Origin: an uncultured Planctomycetota bacterium
Lineage (GTDB): Bacteria; Planctomycetota; Planctomycetia; Gemmatales; HRBIN36
Reading direction: 5' to 3'
DNA: 64,000 nucleotides
Assembly (NCBI GenBank): GCA_937944855.1
Contig: CALFAY010000047.1
Span: forward strand, 34,367 to 98,366
The position numbers and the translations under genes were made by a program. The number at the start of each line of letters is the position of its first letter. Position 1 is the stretch's first letter. Positions 7,855 through 17,733 of the stretch are shown here, one piece after another. The notes under the pieces were generated by a model. The model ran no database searches. It was given only the letters and a program-made list of their open reading frames with translations, and was not told the origin of the DNA.

Positions 7855-9744
7855 TCAAACTCCCTGATCGCGCCACTCCACGAAGCCTTCCAGGGCGAAA
7901 TACTGGGGCAGGCCGAGTTGGTCGTACAGTTGGGCGGTGTGGATGTTGCGAGCCTCGGCCCGTTGCCAGAACTCGCGGGGATCGCTGCCGCCGGGGAACA
8001 TGGCCCGGTCCTTCTGTGACTGGTGCTTGAAGATGGCCAGCTTCTTGCGTTCCATGTCGTCGGGGCTGAGCGGGACGACGCGGTCGATCTCGTGCGGTTC
8101 CCATTCCTGCCACGCGCCGCGGTACAGCCACACGCTCGGATGCAGACCTTTGCTCCGCACCCGCCGCAACGCCTGGAACACGGCCTCGGCACACATGCGG
8201 TGCGTGCCGTGCGGATCAGAGAGATCTCCCGCCACATAGACCTGGGCCGGTTGTAATCGTTCCAGCAGACGGGTTACGTCTTCGATGTCCTCGGCGGACA
8301 GCGGAGCTTTGGCGATGGTGCCGGTGCGGTAAAAGCGGAGGTCCATGAACTCCAGCTGCTCCGGCGGGATTCCTACCGACAACGCCGCCGCTCTTGCCTC
8401 CGTTTCCCGGATCAGCCCCTTGATGCGGAGGACTTCCGGCGAGTCGCGCTGCCCCGGCCGCTTGCTCGCCAGGAAACTTCTGACCTTCTCCGCCACGGCA
8501 CGGGTTTTTTCCTCGTCGATGCCGAAAAGTCGGTTGAAGGTGGCGACGAAGTCGGTGAACCGCAGAGCGTCGTGATCGAAGACGGCGATGTTGCCACTGG
8601 TCATGTAGGCGATGTGGACCTTGTGCCCCTGCTCGACCAGATGGATGATCGTGCCGCCCATGCTGATGACGTCGTCGTCCGGATGCGGACTGAAGACCAG
8701 CACCGTCTGAGGCGTGTCGCCGCAGGGCTTGGGACAGATGGTCGCCATCATCTCATTGAAGACCCGCAACCCGAGCTTCTCCGCCGGGCCGTGTTCGCGC
8801 AGCAATTCGTACAGGGCGTGAGCGCGGAAATCCTCGTCGGAGAGCATCAGCAGCGGTTTTTTGGCCGTCAGGCTCAGCCACAGCACGGCCCGTCGGATCA
8901 GGGACGGGGTCCAGGCGACGGTGCCGAGGACCCACGGCCTCCGCATCGCGGTGGTCTGGGCGGCGGCGGCTTCGTCGAGGATGAACGTGGCGTCGGGATG
9001 GCGCTGGAGGTAGCTGGCCGTGATGGCGTCGCTGGGCTCGCCTTCGATGGCTTTGGCCACGATGTCCGCCTTGTGCTCGCCGAATGCCATGATGACCACT
9101 CGGCGGGCCTCCAGAATTGTGCCCACGCCCATGGTGATCGCCTGGTAAGGCACGTTCTCGACGCCGTAGAAGTCGGAAGCGGCATCGCGGCGGGTCACCG
9201 GATCGAGCGTTACCAGGCGGGTACAGCTCGTGCGGGTCGAGCCGGGTTCGTTAAAGCCGATGTGTCCGGTCCGGCCGATGCCGAGAATCTGAAGGTCGAT
9301 CCCGCCGGCCTTGCGGATGCGGTTCTCGTAATCGGCACAGTATTCGTCCAGTTTGTCGAGCGGAACGGTGCCGTTGGGAATGTGGATGTTCTCCGGCCGG
9401 ATGTTGACGTGCTTGAAGAACGTCTCGTGCATCCAGCGGTTGTAGCTGTGCGGGTCGTCCGGCGACATCGGATAGTATTCATCGAGGTTGAACGTGATGA
9501 CGCGGGAGAAATCCAGACCCGCTTCGCGATGCAGGCGAATCAGTTCGCGATAAAGGCCGACGGGGGTGGAACCCGTCGGCAAACCGAGTACGGTTGGCCG
9601 ACCGGCCGAGTTGTTCTGCCGGATCAGGCTCTCGATCATCAAGGCGACGTGCCGGGAGGCTTCCTGACTGGTGCGGAAAACAAGGGTCGGAATCTTGGTC
9701 CCCCGCAGATAATGGGATCCGTGCGGATGGTCGTTGGCGGTCAT
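7855..9744 (-). CDS. nagB: Glucosamine-6-phosphate deaminase fused to a PIG-L/LmbE deacetylase-like domain
   Basis: VLGLPTGSTP, TFNLDEY, GIGRTGHIGFNEPGS in the N-terminal half; SPHPDDDVISMGG, DPHGTH, KHQSQ in the C-terminal half. Confidence 0.93.
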   Translation of the reverse strand: MTANDHPHGSHYLRGTKIPTLVFRTSQEASRHVALMIESLIRQNNSAGRPTVLGLPTGSTPVGLYRELIRLHREAGLDFSRVITFNLDEYYPMSPDDPHSYNRWMHETFFKHVNIRPENIHIPNGTVPLDKLDEYCADYENRIRKAGGIDLQILGIGRTGHIGFNEPGSTRTSCTRLVTLDPVTRRDAASDFYGVENVPYQAITMGVGTILEARRVVIMAFGEHKADIVAKAIEGEPSDAITASYLQRHPDATFILDEAAAAQTTAMRRPWVLGTVAWTPSLIRRAVLWLSLTAKKPLLMLSDEDFRAHALYELLREHGPAEKLGLRVFNEMMATICPKPCGDTPQTVLVFSPHPDDDVISMGGTIIHLVEQGHKVHIAYMTSGNIAVFDHDALRFTDFVATFNRLFGIDEEKTRAVAEKVRSFLASKRPGQRDSPEVLRIKGLIRETEARAAALSVGIPPEQLEFMDLRFYRTGTIAKAPLSAEDIEDVTRLLERLQPAQVYVAGDLSDPHGTHRMCAEAVFQALRRVRSKGLHPSVWLYRGAWQEWEPHEIDRVVPLSPDDMERKKLAIFKHQSQKDRAMFPGGSDPREFWQRAEARNIHTAQLYDQLGLPQYFALEGFVEWRDQGV

Positions 9745-9883
9745 GATCTTCAGGCTCGACAGGGAACGAGTTCGGGCTGATGAATCAACCCCTGCCGTTA
9801 GTATAGGAACGCCATCAGCCTCTCGCAGCCGTGGAGAACCGGCGATACAATCGCCGCCGGGTTTGTCACCGCAGGAGCGAACC

Positions 9884-11413
9884 ATGAGCGTTTACCTGGG
9901 CATCGACATCGGCACCAGCGGGACCAAGACCCTTGTGGCCCGGCCCGAGGGAACGGTGCTGGCGACGGCCACTGCGGAGCATCCGAGCTATTTTCCCCAG
10001 CCGGGATGGTCGGAACAGGACCCGGAAGACTGGTGGCGGAGCACGGTGCAGAGCGTCCAGGCGGCTTTGGCCAAGGCCGGCGTTTCCGGGCGGGAGGTCA
10101 AAGGCATCGGCCTCAGCGGTCAGATGCACGGCTCCGTCTTCGTAGATAAAAGCAACACGGTCTTACGCCGGGCTTTGCTGTGGAACGACCAACGTACCGA
10201 AGCGGAATGCCACGAGATCGAGGACCGCGCCGGCGGACGCGAAGCGCTTATCCGACTGGTCAGCAACCCGGCCTTTACCGGCTTCACCGCTCCGAAGATC
10301 CTCTGGGTCCGCAAGCACGAACCGGGCATCTATGAACGGACCCACAAGATTCTGTTGCCTAAGGACTACATTCGCCTCCGCCTGACCGGCGGCTATTTCA
10401 CGGAAGTCAGCGACGCTTCCGGCACGCTGCTTCTGGACGTGCAGCAGCGGCGTTGGAGCGACACCCTCTTGTCAAAGCTGGACATCTCCCGCGACCTGCT
10501 GCCAGAGTGCCGGGAATCCGAGGAAGTGACCGGCCAAGTGACGGCAGCGGCGGCGGGAGAACTGGGCGTCCCGGCCGGTACGCCGGTCGTGGGCGGAGCG
10601 GGAGACCAGGCGGCCAGCGCAGTCGGCAACGGCATCGTCCGGCCGGGCATCCTCAGCGCCACGATGGGTACCAGCGGCGTCATCTTCGCCCACAGCGAAG
10701 AGCCGCAGACGCATCCCCAAGGCAAAGTCCACACCATGTGCCATGCCGTCCGGGGCAAATGGCACATGATGGGCGTGGTCCTGTCCGCGGGGGGCAGCTT
10801 GCAATGGTTCCGCAACCAGTTCGCCCACGCCGAAGCCGATCTCGCCCGCCTCCGCCAAGTCGATCCCTACGACCTCATCCTTGCCGAAGCCGCCCAGGTT
10901 CCACCGGGGGCTGAGGGCTTGTTTTTCCTTCCTTATCTGACCGGCGAACGTCATCCCCATCCCGATCCCGAAGCCCGGGGAGCATGGATCGGCCTGACGG
11001 TTCGGCACGGCTGGAAGCATCTGGCCCGGGCCGTCGTCGAAGGGGCGACTTTCGCCATGCGGGACTGTCTGGAAGTGATGCGGGGTCTGGGCATCACGGC
11101 GGAGCAGATTCGCCTCTCCGGCGGAGGAGCGCGGAGTCCGTTCTGGCGGGAGTTGCAGGCCGACATCTACGGCCAGAAGGTGGCCCTCATCAACGCCCAG
11201 GAAGGCCCGGCCTATGGCGTGGCTCTGCTGGCGATGGTCGGCGTCGGCGAGTACAACTCGGTGCCGGAAGCCTGCTCAGCCATCCGGGTCACGGAGGAAA
11301 TCCATCCCCGGGAGGAACTCCGCCGGCAGTACGACCGCATCTACGCTCAATACGCCCGCTTCTACGACGCTTTGCAGAAAGAGTTCCGTGGCATCGCCGC
11401 TTTGGCTCGCTGA
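9884..11413 (+). CDS. xylB: Xylulokinase (FGGY family)
   Basis: GIDIGTSGTK, GLSGQMHG, LWNDQR, DASGT, GAGDQAA, GTSGV, FLPYLTGER, GGGARS. AGGAG SD. Confidence 0.92.
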   Translation: MSVYLGIDIGTSGTKTLVARPEGTVLATATAEHPSYFPQPGWSEQDPEDWWRSTVQSVQAALAKAGVSGREVKGIGLSGQMHGSVFVDKSNTVLRRALLWNDQRTEAECHEIEDRAGGREALIRLVSNPAFTGFTAPKILWVRKHEPGIYERTHKILLPKDYIRLRLTGGYFTEVSDASGTLLLDVQQRRWSDTLLSKLDISRDLLPECRESEEVTGQVTAAAAGELGVPAGTPVVGGAGDQAASAVGNGIVRPGILSATMGTSGVIFAHSEEPQTHPQGKVHTMCHAVRGKWHMMGVVLSAGGSLQWFRNQFAHAEADLARLRQVDPYDLILAEAAQVPPGAEGLFFLPYLTGERHPHPDPEARGAWIGLTVRHGWKHLARAVVEGATFAMRDCLEVMRGLGITAEQIRLSGGGARSPFWRELQADIYGQKVALINAQEGPAYGVALLAMVGVGEYNSVPEACSAIRVTEEIHPREELRRQYDRIYAQYARFYDALQKEFRGIAALAR

Positions 11414-11449
11414 CTTGGAGCAGGCACGTCCGCTTGCCGATCCTTCAGC

Positions 11450-11486
11450 TTGTCAGCCTGGTGTCTTCTTCTTAGCATGACTGTTC
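11450..11486 (+). promoter_or_regulatory. Sigma70-like promoter of the small basic protein gene
   Basis: TTGTCA-17 nt-TAGCAT followed by GACTGTTC. Confidence 0.5.
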
Positions 11487-11522
11487 GGACAAGCGAAGAT
11501 GGATTGCCGGAGCAAGATTGCC

Positions 11523-11759
11523 ATGTCGATTGACAAGAGCCTGCGACGCAAGAACACCCTGGCCCGTGCCCGCAGCGTCCTGAAACGGGCGGAGCGGATC
11601 AAGGTGCTTGAGGAGCAGGACCGCTGGAAGGAAGGCCAAAGCCCATTCGGTCTGCCCAAGGTCCGTGTCCACAAAGTCGTCATTAAGAAGGGCAAGAAGG
11701 CGAAGGAAGAGGCCAAGGAAGGGGCTGAGGCTGCTGCTGGCGGCGAAGCCAAGAAATAG
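11523..11759 (+). CDS. Small basic protein (PVC superphylum signature protein, TIGR04137-like)
   Basis: MSIDKSL...[13 protein letters not shown]...[12 protein letters not shown] with a Lys-rich tail. Confidence 0.9.
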   Translation: MSIDKSLRRKNTLARARSVLKRAERIKVLEEQDRWKEGQSPFGLPKVRVHKVVIKKGKKAKEEAKEGAEAAAGGEAKK

Positions 11760-11998
11760 CCGAAGCGCCTCGTTGCTGAACTTTCTCCCCCAATCCCACC
11801 GCGCCGGGACAGGGAATCGTCCTTGCATGTTCACCCCTCTCCGCGACCCGCTTCCCCATTCCGCGCCGCCACTCGATTCGCAACTCCGCGCCGCCCCGTC
11901 GTCCCAGCCGCGACCGCAAGGAAGCGATTCGCTTGCCGCGGGTCGGGGGAACGCTTACCATGAGAGCAGATTTCGCTCCCGGAGAGGAATCATCGATC

Positions 11999-14542
11999 AT
12001 GGCTGCTTATTGTGTGTGTCCGGGCTGCGGAGCCTTGTTCCACGTCCCCGGAGATTTGGCCGGAAAACAGGTGCGCTGCAAGTCTTGCCGTGCCGTTTTC
12101 GTCGCTGCGCCTTACGGGGAAGGACAGCCCGTGCGGCCGCAGCCACCTTCCCCGGTTCGACCCCGACCAGCCAATCCGGTGAGTTCCTCAGCAGCATCGG
12201 AGGTTGTCGCGTCCACCGCCCGGGAAGCAGAGACGCCCGAGGAGTCGTCTCGAAGCGAGACTGCACAGCAGCCCGCCGGTTCGGCGGATCAAGCGCCCCC
12301 GGTCGTCGAGCCAGTGCAACAGATGCAGCCGGGGATGGAACGACCCGCCCCGCGACCCCGGCCCGGCCCGCGTCGGCCTCGTCCGCCAGCTCCGGCAGCT
12401 TCCACAGGGACGCCAGCGTTGGCGTGGGTGCTGGGATGTCTGGTGGCGGGTGGGATTCTGGCGGTGGTGATCGCTGCCGCGGTTTTCCTGGCTTATTTCA
12501 TCTACGAAATCCAGCGAGATAACCGTAACCGACAGGTCAAGGTCGAACCTCCCGCGAAGGGTCCAGGGCTGCCGGGGGGGCCGTTTGTGCGGCCCGGCTG
12601 GGATCCGACTATCTTGAGCGTGCCGTTATGGAAATGGGATTCGCAGGACGTGGCGCAGGCCGAGTTGATCATGTCTTCCGGGCAAAAGCCGGAATTGCTC
12701 ACTTACGAATCTCAACTGAACGGCGATGCGAACAACCAATTGCTGCGGGTCACGGTCGAGAATCCGGTCCCGAGATTGACCGAAAAAGAGCAGCAGGAAA
12801 CCGTCATGGCCGCCGACGGCAGCTTGCCCCGTGATGTCCTGGAACGGGTGGAGCGGGCCACGGTTCGGCTAAGGGTCTTGCGGACCGGCTCGCCGGCTGG
12901 ACCGCCGTTTCAAGGCGAGGGCAGCGGATTCTTCGCCCTGGCACCCGGCATCATCGTGACCAATGCCCACGTCGTCGGCATGAAACAGCCCGGCTCGTCT
13001 CCGCCGAACTCGGTCACCGTTTTCGTCAACAGTGGAGAAGCCGACGAAAAGCAGTTCAACGCCAAAGTGCTGCACGCTGACGGCTACTACGACCTGGCGC
13101 TGTTGCGTGTCGATGGGTCGGCGGAACACCTGCCAGAACCGCTTAAAGTCGTTTCCGCCTCTACCCTGTTCCGGACCCAGCTTCTCGTAGCCTTTGGTTT
13201 TCCCTACGGAGAGAACCTGAATACGCGAATGTCCACGAGCAAGGTTTCGGTCGCCAGCTTTGTGCGGGACGGCAAGGAGACGTACCGCATCCAAATGAAC
13301 GGGGAGCTGAATCCGGGCAACTCGGGCGGGCCGGTGGTAGATGCTCAGGGCCGGGTCGTCGGCGTGGCGGTCTCGATCTATGTGAACTTGCTGCGGAACA
13401 CCGGCATCAGTTTCGCCGTGCCCGCGGAACATGTCTGGTACCTTTACCACGGACGATTCGGTGACCTGATCGTCGGCCTGCCGCGACAGAGCCAGGAGGA
13501 TGCGGGCGGCGTCGTCCTGCCGGTCAGCCTGGAAGTGCTTGATCCGCTGAAGCGTTACAAAGAAGTCGGCATTGCCTGGAGCATCGCCGATCCCCAAACC
13601 CGGTTACCCGCTGAATGGGTGGACGAGCTTCCGGTTGAAGGCCGAGTCGCTTTGCCGCCAGGAAGGCAATCGTGGCGGCGGGGACATTTGAACCTCCCCG
13701 CGTTGCCGGAGGGAAAGGTCTATCATCTGCGTCCCTACGCGGTGGAGCCAAAAGGCAAGAGTCTTGTGGGTGCCAGCACCGCCTACCAGCCGGTGCTCGC
13801 TCTTCAAGCTTTGCCAACTCGACTGAAGTCACCTCCTGAGGGCGATACCCGGCCCCGGAAACTCTCGGCCCGCTATCGCGTCGTCAGTCGGAGCGGCGAA
13901 GACGGCAACGTCATGCCGCTGACCGTGTCTCTAGGTTGTCGAGGAGAACCGGATACCGAAGGCAAAATCGGCCGGTTCCTCGGATTTGACCTGGGTGTAC
14001 GGATCGGAGATCGGCCCTTGCCGCAGCCACTGTTCCAGGAAATCCTGAGCCACCAGTTGGGCAATCAAGACCTGCAAACGCAGGTCAGCGAGCCACGCTT
14101 CGCAGAAGCCGGACAGTTCGGCAAGGAATTGGCCGGTCTGCATCGGGTACTCGATCAACTTTTGGCCGTCCTGCAAGCACCGCCAGAGGGCCAGAATTGG
14201 CAGCCCGGCAAATCGTGGACTAGATCAGTGCCGGTTCATGGCGATCCGCTCGGAATTCAGGAACCGATTCCGTTTCAAATCGGCTACACCTATGTCGGCA
14301 TGGCCGAGCAGGCCGGCAAAATCCTGCCCTGCATTCTCTTCACGGGCGACGCGGTACCAGGCACAAGCAGAGTTCAGGGGACCCTTCACGGCATCATGTG
14401 GCTCGACCCTGATACTTGCCAGGTTGTGGAAGGCCGGGCATTTCTCGATGCCTTAGGGCAGATTTCCGATCCCGGGAATCAGCAGAGCGACATCGTGCAT
14501 ACCTCGGCCGTCTGGACGGTCGAATTGGCCGACGGCAAGTAA
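11999..14542 (+). CDS. Membrane-anchored trypsin-like (S1C) serine protease with N-terminal Zn-ribbon
   Basis: CPGC...RCKSC Zn finger, Pro-rich linker, one TM helix, GSGFF, TNAHVV (His), DLALL (Asp), NPGNSGGP (Ser), long unknown C-terminus. Confidence 0.85.
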   Translation: MAAYCVCPGCGALFHVPGDLAGKQVRCKSCRAVFVAAPYGEGQPVRPQPPSPVRPRPANPVSSSAASEVVASTAREAETPEESSRSETAQQPAGSADQAPPVVEPVQQMQPGMERPAPRPRPGPRRPRPPAPAASTGTPALAWVLGCLVAGGILAVVIAAAVFLAYFIYEIQRDNRNRQVKVEPPAKGPGLPGGPFVRPGWDPTILSVPLWKWDSQDVAQAELIMSSGQKPELLTYESQLNGDANNQLLRVTVENPVPRLTEKEQQETVMAADGSLPRDVLERVERATVRLRVLRTGSPAGPPFQGEGSGFFALAPGIIVTNAHVVGMKQPGSSPPNSVTVFVNSGEADEKQFNAKVLHADGYYDLALLRVDGSAEHLPEPLKVVSASTLFRTQLLVAFGFPYGENLNTRMSTSKVSVASFVRDGKETYRIQMNGELNPGNSGGPVVDAQGRVVGVAVSIYVNLLRNTGISFAVPAEHVWYLYHGRFGDLIVGLPRQSQEDAGGVVLPVSLEVLDPLKRYKEVGIAWSIADPQTRLPAEWVDELPVEGRVALPPGRQSWRRGHLNLPALPEGKVYHLRPYAVEPKGKSLVGASTAYQPVLALQALPTRLKSPPEGDTRPRKLSARYRVVSRSGEDGNVMPLTVSLGCRGEPDTEGKIGRFLGFDLGVRIGDRPLPQPLFQEILSHQLGNQDLQTQVSEPRFAEAGQFGKELAGLHRVLDQLLAVLQAPPEGQNWQPGKSWTRSVPVHGDPLGIQEPIPFQIGYTYVGMAEQAGKILPCILFTGDAVPGTSRVQGTLHGIMWLDPDTCQVVEGRAFLDALGQISDPGNQQSDIVHTSAVWTVELADGK

Positions 14543-14567
14543 CGCCGCCACGGTCATCGCCGTCCCT

Positions 14568-16532
14568 TCAACGCGGGAAGAGTTTCGGCAGGCTGAACGC
14601 TTGAGGATCCGCGAATCGAAGTTGCACGCCAAACGCGATGGCGTTCGGCTGGTTTGCGGGAGCCGAAATTGGCCAAATGCGAGGTGCCTGTACGAGCACG
14701 GCCTGGGTGTACACCTGAGACGGGCTGTCACGGTCAGACCAGAAAAGTTCCCACCTTTGCCCATCGGCATCTTGTACTGCCAATCGAGCGGAGAGGCGAT
14801 CTCCAGGGCGGATGCGTAGTCGTCCTTTGGACAACGGACTTTGCCGGGTTGCAGCGAAGACGTGCCCTTCCGTCCCGGTCAAAAGCGGACCTGTCTCCTC
14901 CAACGGCACCAGGTTGAGAACAGTTACGGTCCCCAGGGCATTCTCCACTCGAATGATGAGCGGGCTGCCCGTCGGCTTCAGTCCGAGAACCTTTGTGTCT
15001 CCAACCTTAAGAGCGGGCGGCAACTCAAGGCTGGCCCGATCCAGCGGTAACGCAAACTCCGTCTGTCGGAGAAAGGAAACCAGTTCTATAAGCGGGTCGG
15101 TTGGATGGGCCTCGCCGGCAAGCTCCATCATCAGCAGGGCGAAGCTCCGCCATTCATACAGTTCCCACTCCGCCTGATTGGACAACCATCCCTCGGCCAG
15201 GGCCTGCCACGCTTCCGCAGTCTCTTCCTCTCGACCGATCTGCATCAACCGCTGGTGGATTTCACGGCGGACGGGTTCGAGCAGGTTTTCCAGACCGGCC
15301 CGAGCGGCCCTTTGGTACAGGTCAACCACGCCAGCAGGTACTTCGGGAGGCCAGGCGCGCCGCACCTCAGAAACCTGGGCTTGGTTTACGCGGCTGAAAC
15401 GGGCCTGCAAGTCGGTTCGCCACGCGGACCAGTCGTTGGCGGGGTTGGCCGAAAAGACCAGCCAGGCTGGGCGGGAGTTGTCGTTCGGAACCAGCCCGAG
15501 TGCCGCCGCCCGGGCCAGCAGAGCGGCCAATTCTTCCTCGGCGTCCTGCAATCGGGCCGACAGCGTTTCGCCAATGCGTACCGCGTTCAGACGCGATCGC
15601 AGTCCAGGAGCTTCCGCCAGGATTCGCCGTCCGTCGTCGTGCCAAGTCCGCCAATCCACGGCGAATCGAGCCGCGGAAGACGTGGGGGAGGACGAGGACG
15701 CAGCCCTTTCCCACATTTGAACATAGCCTTCGAAGGCGATGAGACGTCGGGCAGCCTCAAGCAGCCGCTCGCCCTCGACCAGCAACTCGCCGGGTTCCCA
15801 GACCGGCTCGGGTTGCTTGGGCCAAAGCTCCGAGCGGGCCGAGCCGATGAGCAGAAACACTCCAGCCGTGAGCAACAGCACCAACAGCGCGGCCACGGAC
15901 AAAGCCAGCAACACCCGGAGGCGGCGTTGCTGACGGGTATGCCGCCGACGATGATCGGCAATGGCCGCTCGAACTTGTCGAACCAGTTCTTGAACGCCAA
16001 AAGGCTCCGCGCTGCTCGATCCGATCTCCGGAAGCGGCGGCCGACGGGAAGCCGTCGCCCATAAATGGACCCGCGGCGCCCCGAAGCCCTGCAAACCCCC
16101 TGGTCCGAGCAGGGAGAAGAACAGTCGGCCGATCTGTTCTTTGCGGATTTCCAGAGCTTCCAGCCACTCTTCGAACGGTTGTCCCGGTCGTGCCAGCAGG
16201 TCGGCTTGCGTGATTACCACGAAGACGGGAAATCCGGCTGCCTCGCAACGCTGACCGCGTTGTGCGGAAAGTTCCTGAAGGCGTCGAGCCAGGTCGGCCA
16301 GATGTTGCCGTAGCGCGCTTGCCGCACCCTGGGCGGGACAGGCGAAAATCAGGGCGTCACCGGCGGCAGTCGGCGTTTCTTCGACGAGCCAGTCGATTCT
16401 CCCCTGGGGGGCGTCGCACTGTTGGAGCCAGCGGCACAACTCCGATTTGTCGGATTCAGGAGGACCGACGATCTCGACCCGACAAGCCGACCTCATCGAG
16501 CAGACCTCCGGCGACCAGGGCAGGGGAGTCAA
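14568..16532 (-). CDS. Bitopic membrane protein with a degenerate P-loop NTPase/GTPase-like (TssM/IcmF-like) N-terminal domain
   Basis: VEIVGPPESDKSEL (P-loop variant), FPVFVVITQADLL, one TM helix at about aa 205-228, large C-terminal domain. TTG start overlaps the upstream TGA; alternative ATG at 16496. Confidence 0.6.
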   Translation of the reverse strand: MTPLPWSPEVCSMRSACRVEIVGPPESDKSELCRWLQQCDAPQGRIDWLVEETPTAAGDALIFACPAQGAASALRQHLADLARRLQELSAQRGQRCEAAGFPVFVVITQADLLARPGQPFEEWLEALEIRKEQIGRLFFSLLGPGGLQGFGAPRVHLWATASRRPPLPEIGSSSAEPFGVQELVRQVRAAIADHRRRHTRQQRRLRVLLALSVAALLVLLLTAGVFLLIGSARSELWPKQPEPVWEPGELLVEGERLLEAARRLIAFEGYVQMWERAASSSSPTSSAARFAVDWRTWHDDGRRILAEAPGLRSRLNAVRIGETLSARLQDAEEELAALLARAAALGLVPNDNSRPAWLVFSANPANDWSAWRTDLQARFSRVNQAQVSEVRRAWPPEVPAGVVDLYQRAARAGLENLLEPVRREIHQRLMQIGREEETAEAWQALAEGWLSNQAEWELYEWRSFALLMMELAGEAHPTDPLIELVSFLRQTEFALPLDRASLELPPALKVGDTKVLGLKPTGSPLIIRVENALGTVTVLNLVPLEETGPLLTGTEGHVFAATRQSPLSKGRLRIRPGDRLSARLAVQDADGQRWELFWSDRDSPSQVYTQAVLVQAPRIWPISAPANQPNAIAFGVQLRFADPQAFSLPKLFPR

Positions 16533-17203
16533 GGCAAGCCCGGCGGAAGATAGACCCGGAGATTGGCTTCGCCGAGCTTGGATCGCAGTTGTTGCACCGG
16601 CGTATTGTGGATGGAGGTGCTCTGGGGAACCACGACTAATTCCACTTCCTTCAGGCTCCGGTCCTTGCGAAGGGCCTCGATACGCTGCATCACCTGGTCG
16701 GCATCGAGCGGCTCCGGGTTGGGGTCGTCGAGGATGGCGAAAAAGCGGTTGACCGGCTGGAAGGAGGGTTTGGTCTCACTGCCGAGAATGAGGATGCGAA
16801 GGACGCCGTTGCCGGCGGAACGGTCAGCGAGACTCGGCGGAGCGGGCGGGTTTGCCGGATCGGCCGCTTCCTCGGGACGCTGGTCCGGCTGGACCTCCGC
16901 CATCCCCGGCTGATCCGGTCCAGACCCTTGGCCTCCACCCAGACCCAGCCAGCCGGGGTTGAGCAACAAGACGGCCAAAATGGCACAGACGACCCCACCG
17001 AGGATTCGTGCTCGGCTGACGGCCTGGATCGAGAGATTGCGAATGAAAATGCCGACGAGGTGCTGGAATACGAACCCGGTCACGAGCCCGCCGACCAGCG
17101 CCGAGGACACCACTACGAAGACGTAAGCGGTCCACAGCAACATGCCCATCGGATCGGAACCGTGGAACCAGTCCGAAAGGGAAAGCGGCCAATGAGCGGT
17201 CAT
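16529..17203 (-). CDS. Membrane protein with two N-terminal TM segments, Pro/Ala linker and a small (possibly ExbD-like) alpha/beta C-terminal domain
   Basis: Hydrophobic N-terminal half, QPDQRPEEAADPANPPAPP linker, GGAG SD, 5 nt from the upstream stop. Confidence 0.7.
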   Translation of the reverse strand: MTAHWPLSLSDWFHGSDPMGMLLWTAYVFVVVSSALVGGLVTGFVFQHLVGIFIRNLSIQAVSRARILGGVVCAILAVLLLNPGWLGLGGGQGSGPDQPGMAEVQPDQRPEEAADPANPPAPPSLADRSAGNGVLRILILGSETKPSFQPVNRFFAILDDPNPEPLDADQVMQRIEALRKDRSLKEVELVVVPQSTSIHNTPVQQLRSKLGEANLRVYLPPGLP

Positions 17204-17208
17204 GACTC

Positions 17209-17730
17209 CTACTCCGCCAAGCGGGGATAGTCAATGCGAAAGTCCACCTTGCGGCGACCGAACCAGCGGCGGTAGTTGATTTCGTCCGCGACCGTCGGGT
17301 GCGGTCGGCTGCCCTTTTCGTCCGGCCGGGGCACCCGCAGCAGGTAAAACAGTTCCCGGTCCTCGGCCGTCGCCTGAGCCAGATGAGTCTGGATCACGGG
17401 GTCGATCGAGGCGGCATTAAGGCGCTTTACCGAGTCGCCCTCGAGGAGCAACAACTCGCCGGTGTCTCCGTCGATGTCCAGCACCACGATCATGAGCCGT
17501 TCGTCCACCGGCAGACGGTTTCTCCGTTTCAGCCGCTGCAATTCTTCTCGCAACCGCTCCTGCTCCTGCCAGACCCACGGACTGCCCATTTCTGCCGCCG
17601 CTGTAGGAGCTTTGCTCGGGTCCTGCTCCAGATGCGGCAATAGCAGAAAGAACGAAAACAGCAGGGCCATGATGTCGGCCATGGGCAGCAGGAAGCGGAC
17701 GATGCTGCGGTTGCCCCCGGGCGATGTCAT
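17209..17730 (-). CDS. ExbD/TolR-like single-pass motor subunit
   Basis: TM segment LLPMADIMALLFSFFLLL matches the ExbD/TolR PxxDxxxxLxxFF pattern with the conserved Asp. Directly follows the ExbB-like gene. Confidence 0.7.
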   Translation of the reverse strand: MTSPGGNRSIVRFLLPMADIMALLFSFFLLLPHLEQDPSKAPTAAAEMGSPWVWQEQERLREELQRLKRRNRLPVDERLMIVVLDIDGDTGELLLLEGDSVKRLNAASIDPVIQTHLAQATAEDRELFYLLRVPRPDEKGSRPHPTVADEINYRRWFGRRKVDFRIDYPRLAE

Positions 17731-17733
17731 GAG

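Noticed and set aside
11850-11950. TCCGCGCCGCC direct repeat and a weak hairpin after the small basic protein gene
   Set aside because: Short GC-rich matches are expected by chance at this composition, and there is no T-tract
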